This document shows positions 1 through 9,585 of a stretch of DNA of 41,109 nucleotides, in pieces. Position 1 is the stretch's first letter. The number at the start of each line of letters is the position of its first letter. Origin of the DNA: a virus. The DNA lies in the UHGV virus genome UHGV-0441209. One strand, 5' to 3'. The notes under the pieces were generated by a model. It had not been told where the DNA came from. It did no database searches and worked only from the letters and a program-made list of their open reading frames with translations. The position numbers and the translations under genes are program-made.

Positions 1-396
1 GTAGATTTTCGACAAACAAAAGCGAATGCCAGAAATGTGTTGAAGAATTTTAGACGTTTAGAGCGAATAGCTGGTCGCTCTTTGATAGATTTAAAATCAC
101 CAATTATTACAGATATGCCTAAAAGCCAAAGTCATGGGAACAAAGCAGAAGATGCGCTAGTACAATTAGCAGATGCAGAAGCAGAAAGAGACGAAATTTT
201 ATCTGCGCTTATGGCATTAAGCCTAACTAGCAGACAAATTTTGCATTATAGTTTCTGTGTGCAGGACCATTACTCTAATTACAAGATAGCTAGGGAAGTT
301 GGATATTCCGAAAGAAGTATTCAACGAATGAAATCAGAGGCTTTAATCGAATTTGCCGAAGCGTATCGGAATGGAAAAATAATTGCATATAAATAA
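1..396 (+). CDS. ArpU-family late transcriptional regulator, 5'-truncated at the window start (continues from 41089-41109)
   Basis: The frame is open from base 1 (VDFRQTKANARNVLKNFRRLERIAGRSL...). It sits just upstream of the packaging genes, the usual ArpU position. The missing N-terminus and ribosome binding site are found at the window end. Confidence 0.6.
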   Translation, partial: VDFRQTKANARNVLKNFRRLERIAGRSLIDLKSPIITDMPKSQSHGNKAEDALVQLADAEAERDEILSALMALSLTSRQILHYSFCVQDHYSNYKIAREVGYSERSIQRMKSEALIEFAEAYRNGKIIAYK

Positions 397-401
397 AATT
401 T

Positions 402-430
402 TTGGCGGTTTTTTGGCGGAAAGTTGGCGG
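402..430. repeat. Three direct TTGGCGG repeats phased at 11 bp (402-408, 413-419, 424-430)
   Basis: Read directly: tTTGGCGGttttTTGGCGGaaagTTGGCGGttttt, immediately after the ArpU stop codon. Confidence 0.7.
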
Positions 431-775
431 TTTTTATCAATATTTAGATGTTATTATGGTAGTGTCGAAAGATAAGGAGACGATGGTAAGGCATGCATTA
501 CCTATCTTAGCTCCGTTTCACTTATCTTTTGAGGCTACCTATAAAAAATAAAGAATAAGGATGTGGAAAGTCCAGTTCTTTCTGTCTCGTTTAGTCATAG
601 GTAGCAAATATTGCAATAAACTTGGCATGAAGCTTACACGTAGACGTACGCCGAAAGCACTTGTCAAGATAGCGCTATGTAGTTTGCAATGATCACTCAC
701 AAATCAGACGTTCTCAAACTAAAAGAAATGGGGTGTAATTCCTCTCTCTTTTTTCTACAGGTTTGTGAGTGTTAA

Positions 776-847
776 TGGGATATAGCTTAACTGGTAGAGC
801 AGCGGTCTCCAAAACCGTCAGTATAGGTTCGAGTCCTATTGTTCCAG
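776..847 (+). tRNA. tRNA-Trp (anticodon CCA)
   Basis: Manual cloverleaf fold. Acceptor TGGGATA/TGTTCCA has two G-U wobbles. D arm is GCTT-AACTGGTA-GAGC. Anticodon arm is GCGGT-CTCCAAA-ACCGT. T arm is ATAGG-TTCGAGT-CCTAT. Discriminator is G and no CCA is encoded. It closely resembles Firmicute tRNA-Trp. Confidence 0.75.
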
Positions 848-942
848 TAGGTAGCATAGCTACTTAAATAAAAAATCGTCAATCATTCAAATGTAACTAC
901 CTTTACGGTCGAATGATGGCTAAGATTTTCCCTCCTATCCTA

Positions 943-971
943 GACTGCACTTTCACCGTGCAGTCTTTTTT
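943..971 (+). terminator. Rho-independent terminator
   Basis: GACTGCAC-tttcacc-GTGCAGTC followed by TTTTTTG. Confidence 0.7.
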
Positions 972-1149
972 GTACATAAAAAAGCCACTAGACTATGGGA
1001 TCTAGTGGCTAGGTAGCATTCGTGAAAAATTTTGTTAGTTGTAAGATTGTTAACGGTTGCTATTTATAAAAAGGAGTTGCTACCCATAAATAGTATAGCA
1101 AGAAGTGATTTATTGAATCAAGTACATAAAAATAACTAGGAGAGAAAAT

Positions 1150-1383
1150 ATGAAAAGCTATTGGTATGTATCGCTAACACATAAATATCCACAGTCGAAC
1201 CGCTCAACTGTTTCAATGCGTGTTGTAATGTCTGTGCAGATAAAAAAGAATGCATCTATTGTCGAAATGACGAGAGAAGCCACGCCAAAGGAAATTGATG
1301 ATTGTAAGCTTATTTATTGTGGGCATGGCTATTTTGATGAGAAGAACATTCAAGAAAATATTAAACGAAGCATGAGGGATTAG
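1150..1383 (+). CDS. hypothetical protein (77 aa)
   Basis: ORF preceded by GGAGAG 6 nt upstream; no recognisable domain. Confidence 0.45.
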   Translation: MKSYWYVSLTHKYPQSNRSTVSMRVVMSVQIKKNASIVEMTREATPKEIDDCKLIYCGHGYFDEKNIQENIKRSMRD

Positions 1384-1385
1384 AA

Positions 1386-1907
1386 ATGAAATTTGAAAAG
1401 ATGAAGTTATCAGAACTACGACCTGCTGAATATAATCCTAGGGTTGAATTAAAGCCAGGCATGGAAGAATACGAGAAGCTTAAACAATCCATTTTAGAAT
1501 TTGGTTTTGTTGATCCTCCCATTTTTAATAAAAATACAGGAAACTTGGTTGGTGGACATCAACGCGTTACCGTTGCAAAAGAATTGGGCCTATTTGATGA
1601 GATAGAGGTTTCTGTGGTTGATTTACCATTGAATAAAGAGAAAGCTCTAAACATAGCTTTAAATAAGATTTCTGGAAATTGGGATGAAGATAAACTAACA
1701 GAATTACTTAATGAACTAACTGCAGATAATTTGGAGTTAACAGGGTTTGACAACGAAGAATTAGAAAATTTAATTGAAGATGCTGACATTCCAAATTTTG
1801 AACCAGGTAGTATTAATGACCAAGGAGATTTGACGAAACTTGAACCGAAATTTGTTAAATGCCCTTGTTGTGGAGAGGAGTTCGATTTAAGAGATGTTGA
1901 AAGTTGA
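1386..1907 (+). CDS. ParB/Srx-fold nuclease-domain protein with C-terminal CxxC zinc ribbon
   Basis: N-terminal ParB-like motif (KLSELRPAEYNPR ... GGHQRVTVAKELG). C-terminal CPCCGEEF. Confidence 0.6.
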   Translation: MKFEKMKLSELRPAEYNPRVELKPGMEEYEKLKQSILEFGFVDPPIFNKNTGNLVGGHQRVTVAKELGLFDEIEVSVVDLPLNKEKALNIALNKISGNWDEDKLTELLNELTADNLELTGFDNEELENLIEDADIPNFEPGSINDQGDLTKLEPKFVKCPCCGEEFDLRDVES

Positions 1908-2502
1908 TTGGGCCACTCATGAAGCTACAAAGTATGCTTGCACGCACTTTCATTACAGCAAAAGTGTGCCTGTTGGAAAGCTCATTAAAATAGGAGCATG
2001 GGAAGATGGCCAATTTATAGGAGTAGTAATTTTTAGTAGAGGTGCAAATAAGAGCATAGGAAGCCCATATGGATTAGAACAAACAGAATGCTGTGAACTA
2101 ACTAGGGTTGCTTTAACCAATCACAAGTCGTTTGTATCTGAAATTTTGGCCAAAGCAATTAAGTTCCTAAAAGAATTTAATCCAAGCATGCAATTAATAG
2201 TAAGCTATGCAGATACGGACCAAAACCATCATGGAGGTATCTATCAAGCAACAAACTGGATATATACTGGAAAGACAGATGGGGAACGCTATTTCATTGT
2301 TAATGGAAAAAAGACACATCCTAAATCTATTCATGCTAAGTATGGGACAGGATCTCAAAGGTTAGAATTTTTGCATAAACATGTGGATCCAAAAGCTTCC
2401 ATTTATGAATCAGAAGGTAAACATAAGTATTTAATGCCACTAAATAAAAAGATTCGTAAAAAAATCATTAAATTATCAAAACCTTATCCAAAAGCTAAAT
2501 AA
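1894..2502 (+). CDS. hypothetical protein, possible Mom-like (acyltransferase-fold) DNA-modification enzyme
   Basis: Overlaps the ParB-like gene. Conserved-looking block VSYADTDQNHHGGIYQATNWIYTG resembles, from memory, the SYxDP..H.G.IY.A.NW.Y.G core of phage Mom-family proteins. The assignment is tentative. Confidence 0.3.
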   Translation: MLKVDWATHEATKYACTHFHYSKSVPVGKLIKIGAWEDGQFIGVVIFSRGANKSIGSPYGLEQTECCELTRVALTNHKSFVSEILAKAIKFLKEFNPSMQLIVSYADTDQNHHGGIYQATNWIYTGKTDGERYFIVNGKKTHPKSIHAKYGTGSQRLEFLHKHVDPKASIYESEGKHKYLMPLNKKIRKKIIKLSKPYPKAK

Positions 2503-2637
2503 AAAGAGACAAGTGCGCTAACACTTGCCTCAATTCAACGAGATACGAATACCCCGAAGACACAGAAACCACACGCGCGTGCTTTAAACCCAGTTCTGTG
2601 TCTTTTAGCATTATATAATAGTGCGAGGTATTCTACA

Positions 2638-2826
2638 ATGGAAACATTTGATTATGAAGTTCAACAAGCTTTAGAAAAGCAAAAGATTGCAGAAGAAAAC
2701 AACAAGATTATCAGGGCTGCAAAGGCTCAATGGATAAGCAATTTTAAAGCAGGTCATATCAAATTGGATACAGTTAAGGACCTAAAAGACTTAATTGAAA
2801 TTGAAAAAGAATTAACCAATATATAA
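2638..2826 (+). CDS. hypothetical protein (62 aa)
   Basis: ORF in the operon context; no motif recognised. Confidence 0.4.
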   Translation: METFDYEVQQALEKQKIAEENNKIIRAAKAQWISNFKAGHIKLDTVKDLKDLIEIEKELTNI

Positions 2827-2892
2827 TGAATGTTGAAAAAATTATCCAGTCGTTTATAATTATATTAAATAATTATTGGAGGACGTACAGCT

Positions 2893-3399
2893 ATGTTTTC
2901 TAAAAATGAAGAAATTTCAACTAAATCTATTCGGTTAGTAATTATAAGTGGTATTTCGCTCTGCTCAAGTTTATTTTATGTAAAAATAATGTATTGGTTA
3001 AATAATATTGGTTTTTTTGAAGTAAGTAGTAAGCGTAAAGAGTATCCTTTTGAAGCAAATTTTTCTGCATTATTATTTATGTTTGGAGTAATTTTTGTTT
3101 TTTGGGGACTTGCCTTATATATATTAAAAAATACGAATGGGGTTATAAGTTTTCTTATAGTTGGAGCAGCTCTTTCCATAATTTTGATTCTTACTAATAT
3201 AGGTTCTGATCCAACTGCATGGTGGCTATGGATAATAAACATTGTAATATGGTGTATTTTAGTAGGGTGTTTATTAGAGGTTATTTTTAATATTGTATGC
3301 TTGACTGTTAAAAACTATAGACAATTGGAAAATAAAGATCAATTTACTATAGGGTTAGCTATTGTTACATTTATACTAGGCTTTTTAGTAAGAAAATAG
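2893..3399 (+). CDS. integral membrane protein (about 4 TM helices)
   Basis: Strongly hydrophobic segments (LVIISGISLCSSLFYV, ALLFMFGVIFVFWGLALYIL, FLIVGAALSIILIL, WLWIINIVIWCILVGCLL). GGAGG ribosome binding site. Confidence 0.55.
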   Translation: MFSKNEEISTKSIRLVIISGISLCSSLFYVKIMYWLNNIGFFEVSSKRKEYPFEANFSALLFMFGVIFVFWGLALYILKNTNGVISFLIVGAALSIILILTNIGSDPTAWWLWIINIVIWCILVGCLLEVIFNIVCLTVKNYRQLENKDQFTIGLAIVTFILGFLVRK

Positions 3400-3446
3400 A
3401 AAACAAAACTCAACTATCAGCATGAAAAGCGAGGTGGTGTTAATGG

Positions 3447-4250
3447 ATGGCTAGAAAAAGAGATCCACGTCGTGACCAGGCTAAAGAAATTTGGTTAAAG
3501 TCAAACGGCAAAAAGGTTCTTAAAGAATTAGCTAATGAACTAAATGTTTCGGATTCTCAAATAAGGAAATGGAAATCGATAGATAAATGGGCTGATGAAT
3601 TAAAAGGTAATGTTACCAATGCAAAAGGTAACGTTACTAATCAAGGAGGCGCTCCTTTTGGTAATCAGAACGCAGTAGGCAACAAAGGTAATAGCCGGGC
3701 CTCGCCACCACTTGGTAATAAGAACGCTATTAAAACAGGCGAATACGAAACAATATTTGCCGATATGTTATCTGATGAAGAAAAGGACATCTATTCTAAT
3801 CTGAATGATGATCCTTTTTTTATTTTGGAGGAAGAAATAAGAATCCTAAAAATTCGTCAATATAGAATGCTTAAACGCATCAAAGATGCAGAGGTTGGCT
3901 TAAACGATGAAGAAGTTGAACGTTTGCAGCAGCTTCGGAAAGTCAAAGAGCCATCGGTGATTGATGGAAAAATGGTCACTGTCAAGAGAGAAGTTTTAAA
4001 AGATGTGCAAGTAACTCGTAAAACATTTAGAAAACTAGATGACATTTTGGCTATTGAGGAAGCATTGACAAGAATTAGCAATCAGTTAACAAAGGCTATT
4101 AAGCAACAGAATGCTTTGCTAGCAAATGATGCCAAATTACAACTATTGAAGGTTCAAACTGAAAAAGTTAAAGCTAGTTTAGATGCTACAAATGGAGACA
4201 TGGATATGCCAGTTTTCATCGATGATATATCAGGTGATGAATATGAGTAA
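3447..4250 (+). CDS. terS: terminase small subunit
   Basis: N-terminal HTH-like region, then G/N-rich repeats (GNVTNAKGNVTNQGG...GNKGN...GNKNAIKTGEYE) typical of Gram-positive phage TerS. Lies immediately upstream of and overlapping terL. Confidence 0.7.
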   Translation: MARKRDPRRDQAKEIWLKSNGKKVLKELANELNVSDSQIRKWKSIDKWADELKGNVTNAKGNVTNQGGAPFGNQNAVGNKGNSRASPPLGNKNAIKTGEYETIFADMLSDEEKDIYSNLNDDPFFILEEEIRILKIRQYRMLKRIKDAEVGLNDEEVERLQQLRKVKEPSVIDGKMVTVKREVLKDVQVTRKTFRKLDDILAIEEALTRISNQLTKAIKQQNALLANDAKLQLLKVQTEKVKASLDATNGDMDMPVFIDDISGDEYE

Positions 4251-5526
4251 AAAATTATCTGAATTTCTTCCTAAAGCATTTCATACTACTTGGAAGGTAG
4301 CATTAAACTCAAATATATTACATGTTGTTGAAAAAGGTGGCCGTGGGTCAGGTAAATCATCTGGCATAGCACACATAATCGTTCAATTGATTATGAGATA
4401 TCCTGTAAATGCTGTGGCCATTAGATATGTTGATAATACGATTGAGCTATCTATTTTTGAACAGATTAAGTGGGCCATTGAAGAGCAAGGTGTGTCTAAG
4501 TATTTTAAAGTAAATAAAAGTCCTATGAAAATCACCTATAAGCCTAGGGGTAATTATATTGTTTTTCGTGGCGCACAGAACCCAGAAAGGATTAAGTCAT
4601 TAAAGGATTCAAGATTTCCATTTGCTATAGCTTGGATTGAGGAATTAGCCGAGTTTAAAACTGAAGATGATGTAAAAACCATAACTAACTCATTGCTACG
4701 TGGTGAATTAGCAGATGGTCTTTTTTATAAATTTTTTTATTCGTACAATCCTCCTAAGCGACGACAATCATGGGTTAATAAGAAATATGAATCTAGCTTC
4801 CAACCTGAGAATACTTTTGTTCATCATTCAACATATAAGGATAATCCATTCATAGCTCAAGCATTTATTGAAGAAGTTAATGCCACGAGAGCTAAGAATC
4901 CGAAACGTGCTGAGTGGGAGTATGACGGCAAAGCTATTGGTTCAGGAGTTGTTCCGTTTGATAATTTACGAGTAATAAAAGGTTGTATAACTGATGAAAT
5001 GGTAACTAACTTTGATAATATCAGAAACGGTCTTGACTTCGGCTATGCAACTGATCCGTTAGCGTTCGTTCGATGGCATTATGATAAAAAGAAAAATGGT
5101 ATCTATGCTATTGATGAGATATATGGTGTGAAAATTAGTAATAGGGAATTAGCTAAAAAAGTAAAAGCAAAAGGATATGAAGCTGATAGGATTGGTGCAG
5201 ATTCGGCTGAACCAAAATCGATAGCTGAGCTTATTAATGAGCATTCCATAAAGAAACTATATGGAGTGAAAAAGGGACCTGATTCAGTTGAATACGGGGA
5301 AGGATGGCTTGACGATCTAGACTTCATTTGTATAGACCCTTTGAGAACACCAAACATAGCACATGAATTTGAAAACATTGATTATCAAACTGATAAAGAT
5401 GGCAATCCTAAGCCAAGATTAGAAGATAAAGATAATCACACAATCGATGCTACGCGATATGCATTTAGCGATGATATGAGAAATATAAAAGTAAGCATTA
5501 CGAATAAAGTTAAATTTGGATTTTAA
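4243..5526 (+). CDS. terL: terminase large subunit (ATPase/nuclease)
   Basis: Walker A VEKGGRGSGKSS near the N-terminus and a C-terminal nuclease-type acidic motif (DKDNHTIDATRYA). The ATG at 4243 overlaps the terS stop (ATGAGTAA) with AGGTGA upstream. The ORF track extends it to 4183. Confidence 0.8.
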   Translation: MSKKLSEFLPKAFHTTWKVALNSNILHVVEKGGRGSGKSSGIAHIIVQLIMRYPVNAVAIRYVDNTIELSIFEQIKWAIEEQGVSKYFKVNKSPMKITYKPRGNYIVFRGAQNPERIKSLKDSRFPFAIAWIEELAEFKTEDDVKTITNSLLRGELADGLFYKFFYSYNPPKRRQSWVNKKYESSFQPENTFVHHSTYKDNPFIAQAFIEEVNATRAKNPKRAEWEYDGKAIGSGVVPFDNLRVIKGCITDEMVTNFDNIRNGLDFGYATDPLAFVRWHYDKKKNGIYAIDEIYGVKISNRELAKKVKAKGYEADRIGADSAEPKSIAELINEHSIKKLYGVKKGPDSVEYGEGWLDDLDFICIDPLRTPNIAHEFENIDYQTDKDGNPKPRLEDKDNHTIDATRYAFSDDMRNIKVSITNKVKFGF

Positions 5527-6967
5527 GAGAGGTGATATTGTGTCAATAGTAGTTAATAGACAGATAGCTGGCGATTTGAATAAACCTTCAGCTGAACTTC
5601 TTAATTTTTGTATCAACAAACATGTGGAAGAGTTATTAAGATTACAAAAACTATCAGATTATTATGATGGTAAACATGATATTTTAAAACGAACAAAAGA
5701 AAATGAAGGAGCACCTAATAATAAAGTTCTAATCAATCATGCAAAATATGTTGTTGATATGAATGTAGGCTTTATGGTAGGTAATCCAATTTCATATGTT
5801 GCAGAGTCAGATAAAAATATTGGGCCTATTTTAGAAGCTTACGATCGGGTAGATATAGTCTCTCATGATACTGAACTAGAGAAAGATTTGTCTACATTTG
5901 GCGTTGGATATGAGCTTGTATATTTGAAAAAGACTAAGGATAATGATGCTACACAGCTAGAAATCAAATGTATTGATCCAAGAGGTATCTTTTTAGTGAC
6001 AGACGATACAGTAGACAAAAATCCTTTATTTGCCGTTCATTATCAGCCAGTGTTAACACTTCAAGGGGGGATAGATCATTATGTAATTAAGTACTATAAC
6101 GACAACAGAGTGATAACCTATCATGCTAAATCAAGAGGATCTGGTGAGTACTTGTTTATAAATGCTAAACCACATTATTTTAAAGCAGTTCCGGTGATTG
6201 AATACCGAAACAACGAAGAGAAGCAAGGAGACTTTGAACAAGCTATATCATTAATTGACGCTTACAATCTACTGCAATCTGATCGATTAAATGATAAAGA
6301 AGCTTTTGTTGACGCAATTTTATTCATAAGAGGGTTTATGTTGGAAGATGGAGATGGTGAAAAGTTAGCAAAAGAAAAAATGCTTCAAACAGGTGCGTTG
6401 CCAAGTGAAGTAGATGCTGGTTATCTTACTAAAGAATTAAATGAAGACGGAGTGAATCTTTTAAGATCAGCAATTCTAGATGATATTCATAAGATTACGT
6501 ATGTGCCAGATATGAATGATGAAAAGTTTTCAGGTAATGTTAGTGGAGAAGCGATGAAATATAAATTGTTTGGCTTGCTACAACTCATGTCTGTTAAATC
6601 AAGATACATGATTAAAGGTTTGAGGAAACGATTGGAACTATTTGAAACCATTCTAAAAGTTAAAGATAATTCTATTGATGCTCAAGGAACAAAAATCAAG
6701 CTTAAGCCTAATTTACCTGTCAATACTAGCGATATTATAAATCAAATCGTTAGCGCTTATCAAGCTGGCATCTTGCCCCTTAAAGTTCTTTTGGGATGGT
6801 TGCCTGATATAGACGATGTTGATGAGGTTCTAAAACAGCTTAATACTGAAAAAGAGAAAGCTATTGAGCTCAATCAGAAAGCGTTAGGTGTACAAGCTAA
6901 AGATAGCCATAGCGATTTAGATAAAGGTTCTGAGGAGGATAATTACGATGATTACAGCAATATTTAA
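5516..6967 (+). CDS. portal protein
   Basis: 483-aa ORF directly after terL. Size and position are typical of SPP1-like portals. The real start may be the GTG at 5543, after AGAGAGGTGA. Confidence 0.7.
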   Translation: MDFKRGDIVSIVVNRQIAGDLNKPSAELLNFCINKHVEELLRLQKLSDYYDGKHDILKRTKENEGAPNNKVLINHAKYVVDMNVGFMVGNPISYVAESDKNIGPILEAYDRVDIVSHDTELEKDLSTFGVGYELVYLKKTKDNDATQLEIKCIDPRGIFLVTDDTVDKNPLFAVHYQPVLTLQGGIDHYVIKYYNDNRVITYHAKSRGSGEYLFINAKPHYFKAVPVIEYRNNEEKQGDFEQAISLIDAYNLLQSDRLNDKEAFVDAILFIRGFMLEDGDGEKLAKEKMLQTGALPSEVDAGYLTKELNEDGVNLLRSAILDDIHKITYVPDMNDEKFSGNVSGEAMKYKLFGLLQLMSVKSRYMIKGLRKRLELFETILKVKDNSIDAQGTKIKLKPNLPVNTSDIINQIVSAYQAGILPLKVLLGWLPDIDDVDEVLKQLNTEKEKAIELNQKALGVQAKDSHSDLDKGSEEDNYDDYSNI

Positions 6968-7259
6968 AAAGGAAGATAATCAGTATGTAAGTTATTCCAT
7001 TTCAGGACATGCAAACTTTGCCCCAAAAGGACAAGATATTATTTGTGCTGGTGTATCAGCTCTATATATAGCTGTGACTAATGTATTGATAAAGCAACAT
7101 GCCGCAACGATTGATGTTGATGGATCTATTCAGTTAGGTATTATCAAAGATTCTCAGTATATAGTGACTGTTCTTTATGAAAACTTATGCGAAATAGCAA
7201 AAGAATATCCAAATCATATAGAAATAGTTAATCGTGATGAAAAATCAGGAGCTAATTAA
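6948..7259 (+). CDS. prp: Prp-family (DUF464, ribosomal-processing cysteine protease-like) phage protease
   Basis: 103 aa, MITAIFKKEDNQ...SISGHANFAPKGQDIICAGVSAL. The His...Cys arrangement and size match the Prp/YsxB family. It sits between the portal and the minor head gene, as in staphylococcal and streptococcal phages. Confidence 0.6.
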   Translation: MITAIFKKEDNQYVSYSISGHANFAPKGQDIICAGVSALYIAVTNVLIKQHAATIDVDGSIQLGIIKDSQYIVTVLYENLCEIAKEYPNHIEIVNRDEKSGAN

Positions 7260-8633
7260 ATGGCTAAAAAAAAGAAACAGGACGAACAAACATACTGGCA
7301 ATTACGAAATATTAAAGCGGAAAAAAGAATTAATGATGGGGCAAAAGCGCTAGAGGATAAATTAATAATAGCCTATCGTCAAGCACAATACTACTTGACT
7401 AAACAAACCCGAAAGCTCTTTGATAGGTCAAAAAAGCGTACAGGGTTAGATGAAAAAGAAGCAAGGAAATTGCTGAACGAAACTGTATCCCCTTCGGAAC
7501 TTGTAAAGTTAAAGGTCTTGTCTGAACAAATAAGTAATACTACTCTACAAAAAGAAGCCAAGAAAAAGTTAACCAGTTTAGCATTTAAAAAACGAATAAC
7601 TAAAGCTGAGGACTTAAAAGCCAAGTCTTTTTTAGTTTCTAAACAAATTGCTAATGTACAACTAGAAAAGCAAACAGAGTTCTATATCGATGTTATTCAT
7701 GAATCCTATCGTGAAGCAACTGCTGAATCAGTTATTCGACAAGCTAAAGAAAATGCTAAGAACGGCCTTGTAATTGAAGTATGGAATAAAAAAGGTTATC
7801 AGTTTAAAGAGTTATCGACTAGATACACAAAGAACATCCTTGATAGTCATTGGCATGGATCAAATTATTCTAAACGTTTGTGGAGTGATACTGAAGCTTT
7901 AGCAACAAGGCTAGAAGCGTTGTTCACAGTTGAGTCAATGACAGGAATGTCAGAGTTTGAAATGGCTAAGACAATAGCTAGAGAGTTTGACCGATCTATT
8001 GGTGTTGCAAGGCGTTTGATTCGTACAGAAGCGAATTATATGTCAAATCAAGCGAAACTTAAAGCATGGCAAAATAGAGGCATAAAATACTATATGCTTG
8101 TCGCAGTTTTAGATTTGAAAACTTCTAAAATCTGTAAAAATAAAGATCATAAAGTCTATTTAGTTTCCAAAGCGGTTGTTAATGGGGCTAACGGAACATA
8201 TCCTCCATTCCATCCCTGGTGTAGAACAATTGCCATTATCTATAGTAAACGAATATTGAACCTTCCTAGGGAAGCTATAGATCCAATTAGTGGCGATACA
8301 ATGCCTATCAGAGGTGCAACTACTTATAATGAGTGGATGGATAAGCTTAAAGAAAAGTATCCAGAAGAAAAGATAGCCTTGCAAAAAAAAAATATTAGGG
8401 TTGTGATTTATTTGGATTTTAGAGAATTGAAACGCAAGAAAGAACGTGGTGTTAGTAACGAGGAGTTTATGAATAAATCGAAAGAATTCTTTAAAGATGC
8501 AGACAGTATCATAGTTGTAGGAATGGACAAAGACGGCTACATCAGTACGTTTTACACTCAATTGAGTACAACGCAGGTTATTGGTATGGTTGAAATTGCT
8601 AAACAGCAGTTAATACAAGAGGCTGAGGTATAG
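7260..8633 (+). CDS. minor head / head morphogenesis protein (SPP1 gp7 / Mu F-like)
   Basis: 457-aa ORF after portal and Prp, the conserved position. Basic N-terminus. Confidence 0.6.
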   Translation: MAKKKKQDEQTYWQLRNIKAEKRINDGAKALEDKLIIAYRQAQYYLTKQTRKLFDRSKKRTGLDEKEARKLLNETVSPSELVKLKVLSEQISNTTLQKEAKKKLTSLAFKKRITKAEDLKAKSFLVSKQIANVQLEKQTEFYIDVIHESYREATAESVIRQAKENAKNGLVIEVWNKKGYQFKELSTRYTKNILDSHWHGSNYSKRLWSDTEALATRLEALFTVESMTGMSEFEMAKTIAREFDRSIGVARRLIRTEANYMSNQAKLKAWQNRGIKYYMLVAVLDLKTSKICKNKDHKVYLVSKAVVNGANGTYPPFHPWCRTIAIIYSKRILNLPREAIDPISGDTMPIRGATTYNEWMDKLKEKYPEEKIALQKKNIRVVIYLDFRELKRKKERGVSNEEFMNKSKEFFKDADSIIVVGMDKDGYISTFYTQLSTTQVIGMVEIAKQQLIQEAEV

Positions 8634-8919
8634 ATTAAACTTAATTAATTATTTTACTAACAGTGGTTAAATATATCATTTTAAAAGAATAGAAAACATA
8701 AGATCAACTACAACATGATTTAGTTTTTATTATATAGAAGTAGTCACAGACGTTAAAGACTTGGCTATGATTAATAATAATTGAACCTCAGGTTATAAAC
8801 TGATAGAAACGAAAGCTCAGCAACTGCTGGGCTTTTTATATGTCCAAGCGTGATGACGTTAAAAGCTCCGGAAGTGCAAGCATTTATCCACTTTAAAAGA
8901 TATGGAAGGAGTACTAATT

Positions 8920-9570
8920 ATGGAACAAAAAAAACTGTTGCTATTAAATCTACAATTCTTTGCTGAAAAAGATGAAACAGATATTCCAGACGGTTCTGAA
9001 ACATCCAAAAAGTTGAATGTAGATGAGTTGAGCGATGAAGAAATTACAGCAATTAAAGAAAAATTTGGTTTTAAAGATGACAAAGAAGTTGATTCTATTG
9101 TCAAAAGCAAAAAGTCACGTTGGCAGAAAGAGCTCGAAGAAGAAAAAAATGAAGCTGCTCGTTTAGCAAAACTTAGTGAGGAAGAACGACAAAAAGAATT
9201 ACTCAACAAAGAGAAGTCAGATTTCGAAAAGGAAAAAGAAGCATTTAGACAGGAACAATTATTTGTAGAAAAAGGTAACCAGTTGCAGTCAATCGGAATT
9301 AGCAAAGAATTAGCTTCGCGTATTAAAGGTGATACAGCAGAAGAAATTTTAGAAGATGTCAAAACGTTTAAAAAGGCTTGGGACGAAGCGTTAAAAATTG
9401 CTGTTGACCAGGCACTGTTGAGTTCGGTTGATTCACCGCTAGGATCGAATGCATCTATTCCTGACATAAACCCTTTTGCGCCTGAAACTTTAAACCTTAC
9501 AGAACAAGGAAGATTGCTACGAGAAGACCCAGAAAAAGCTAAAGCTTTACAAGCATTAGTTAATAAATAG
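8920..9570 (+). CDS. scaffolding protein
   Basis: Acidic, coiled-coil-rich, K/E-rich, immediately upstream of the capsid gene. GGAAGGAG ribosome binding site before the ATG at 8920. N-terminus is MEQKKLLLLNLQFFA|EKDE, a Prp cleavage motif. Confidence 0.7.
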   Translation: MEQKKLLLLNLQFFAEKDETDIPDGSETSKKLNVDELSDEEITAIKEKFGFKDDKEVDSIVKSKKSRWQKELEEEKNEAARLAKLSEEERQKELLNKEKSDFEKEKEAFRQEQLFVEKGNQLQSIGISKELASRIKGDTAEEILEDVKTFKKAWDEALKIAVDQALLSSVDSPLGSNASIPDINPFAPETLNLTEQGRLLREDPEKAKALQALVNK

Positions 9571-9585
9571 AAAGTAGGAGAAAAA

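Noticed and set aside
776-847. Possibility that the tRNA-Trp is a truncated tRNA remnant (attachment-site scar)
   Set aside because: The acceptor stem initially seemed unpaired. With two G-U wobbles (G4-T69, T6-G67) all seven pairs form and the whole cloverleaf is intact, and int/attP are 27 kb away. I therefore call it a functional phage tRNA.
1559-1789. Several 60-140-aa minus-strand ORFs (for example 1559-1789, 2976-3242, 3857-4081, 13460-13882, 16661-16930, 17159-17545, 28423-28644)
   Set aside because: All lie fully inside well-supported genes on the opposite strand, have low-complexity translations and lack ribosome binding sites, so they are shadow ORFs.
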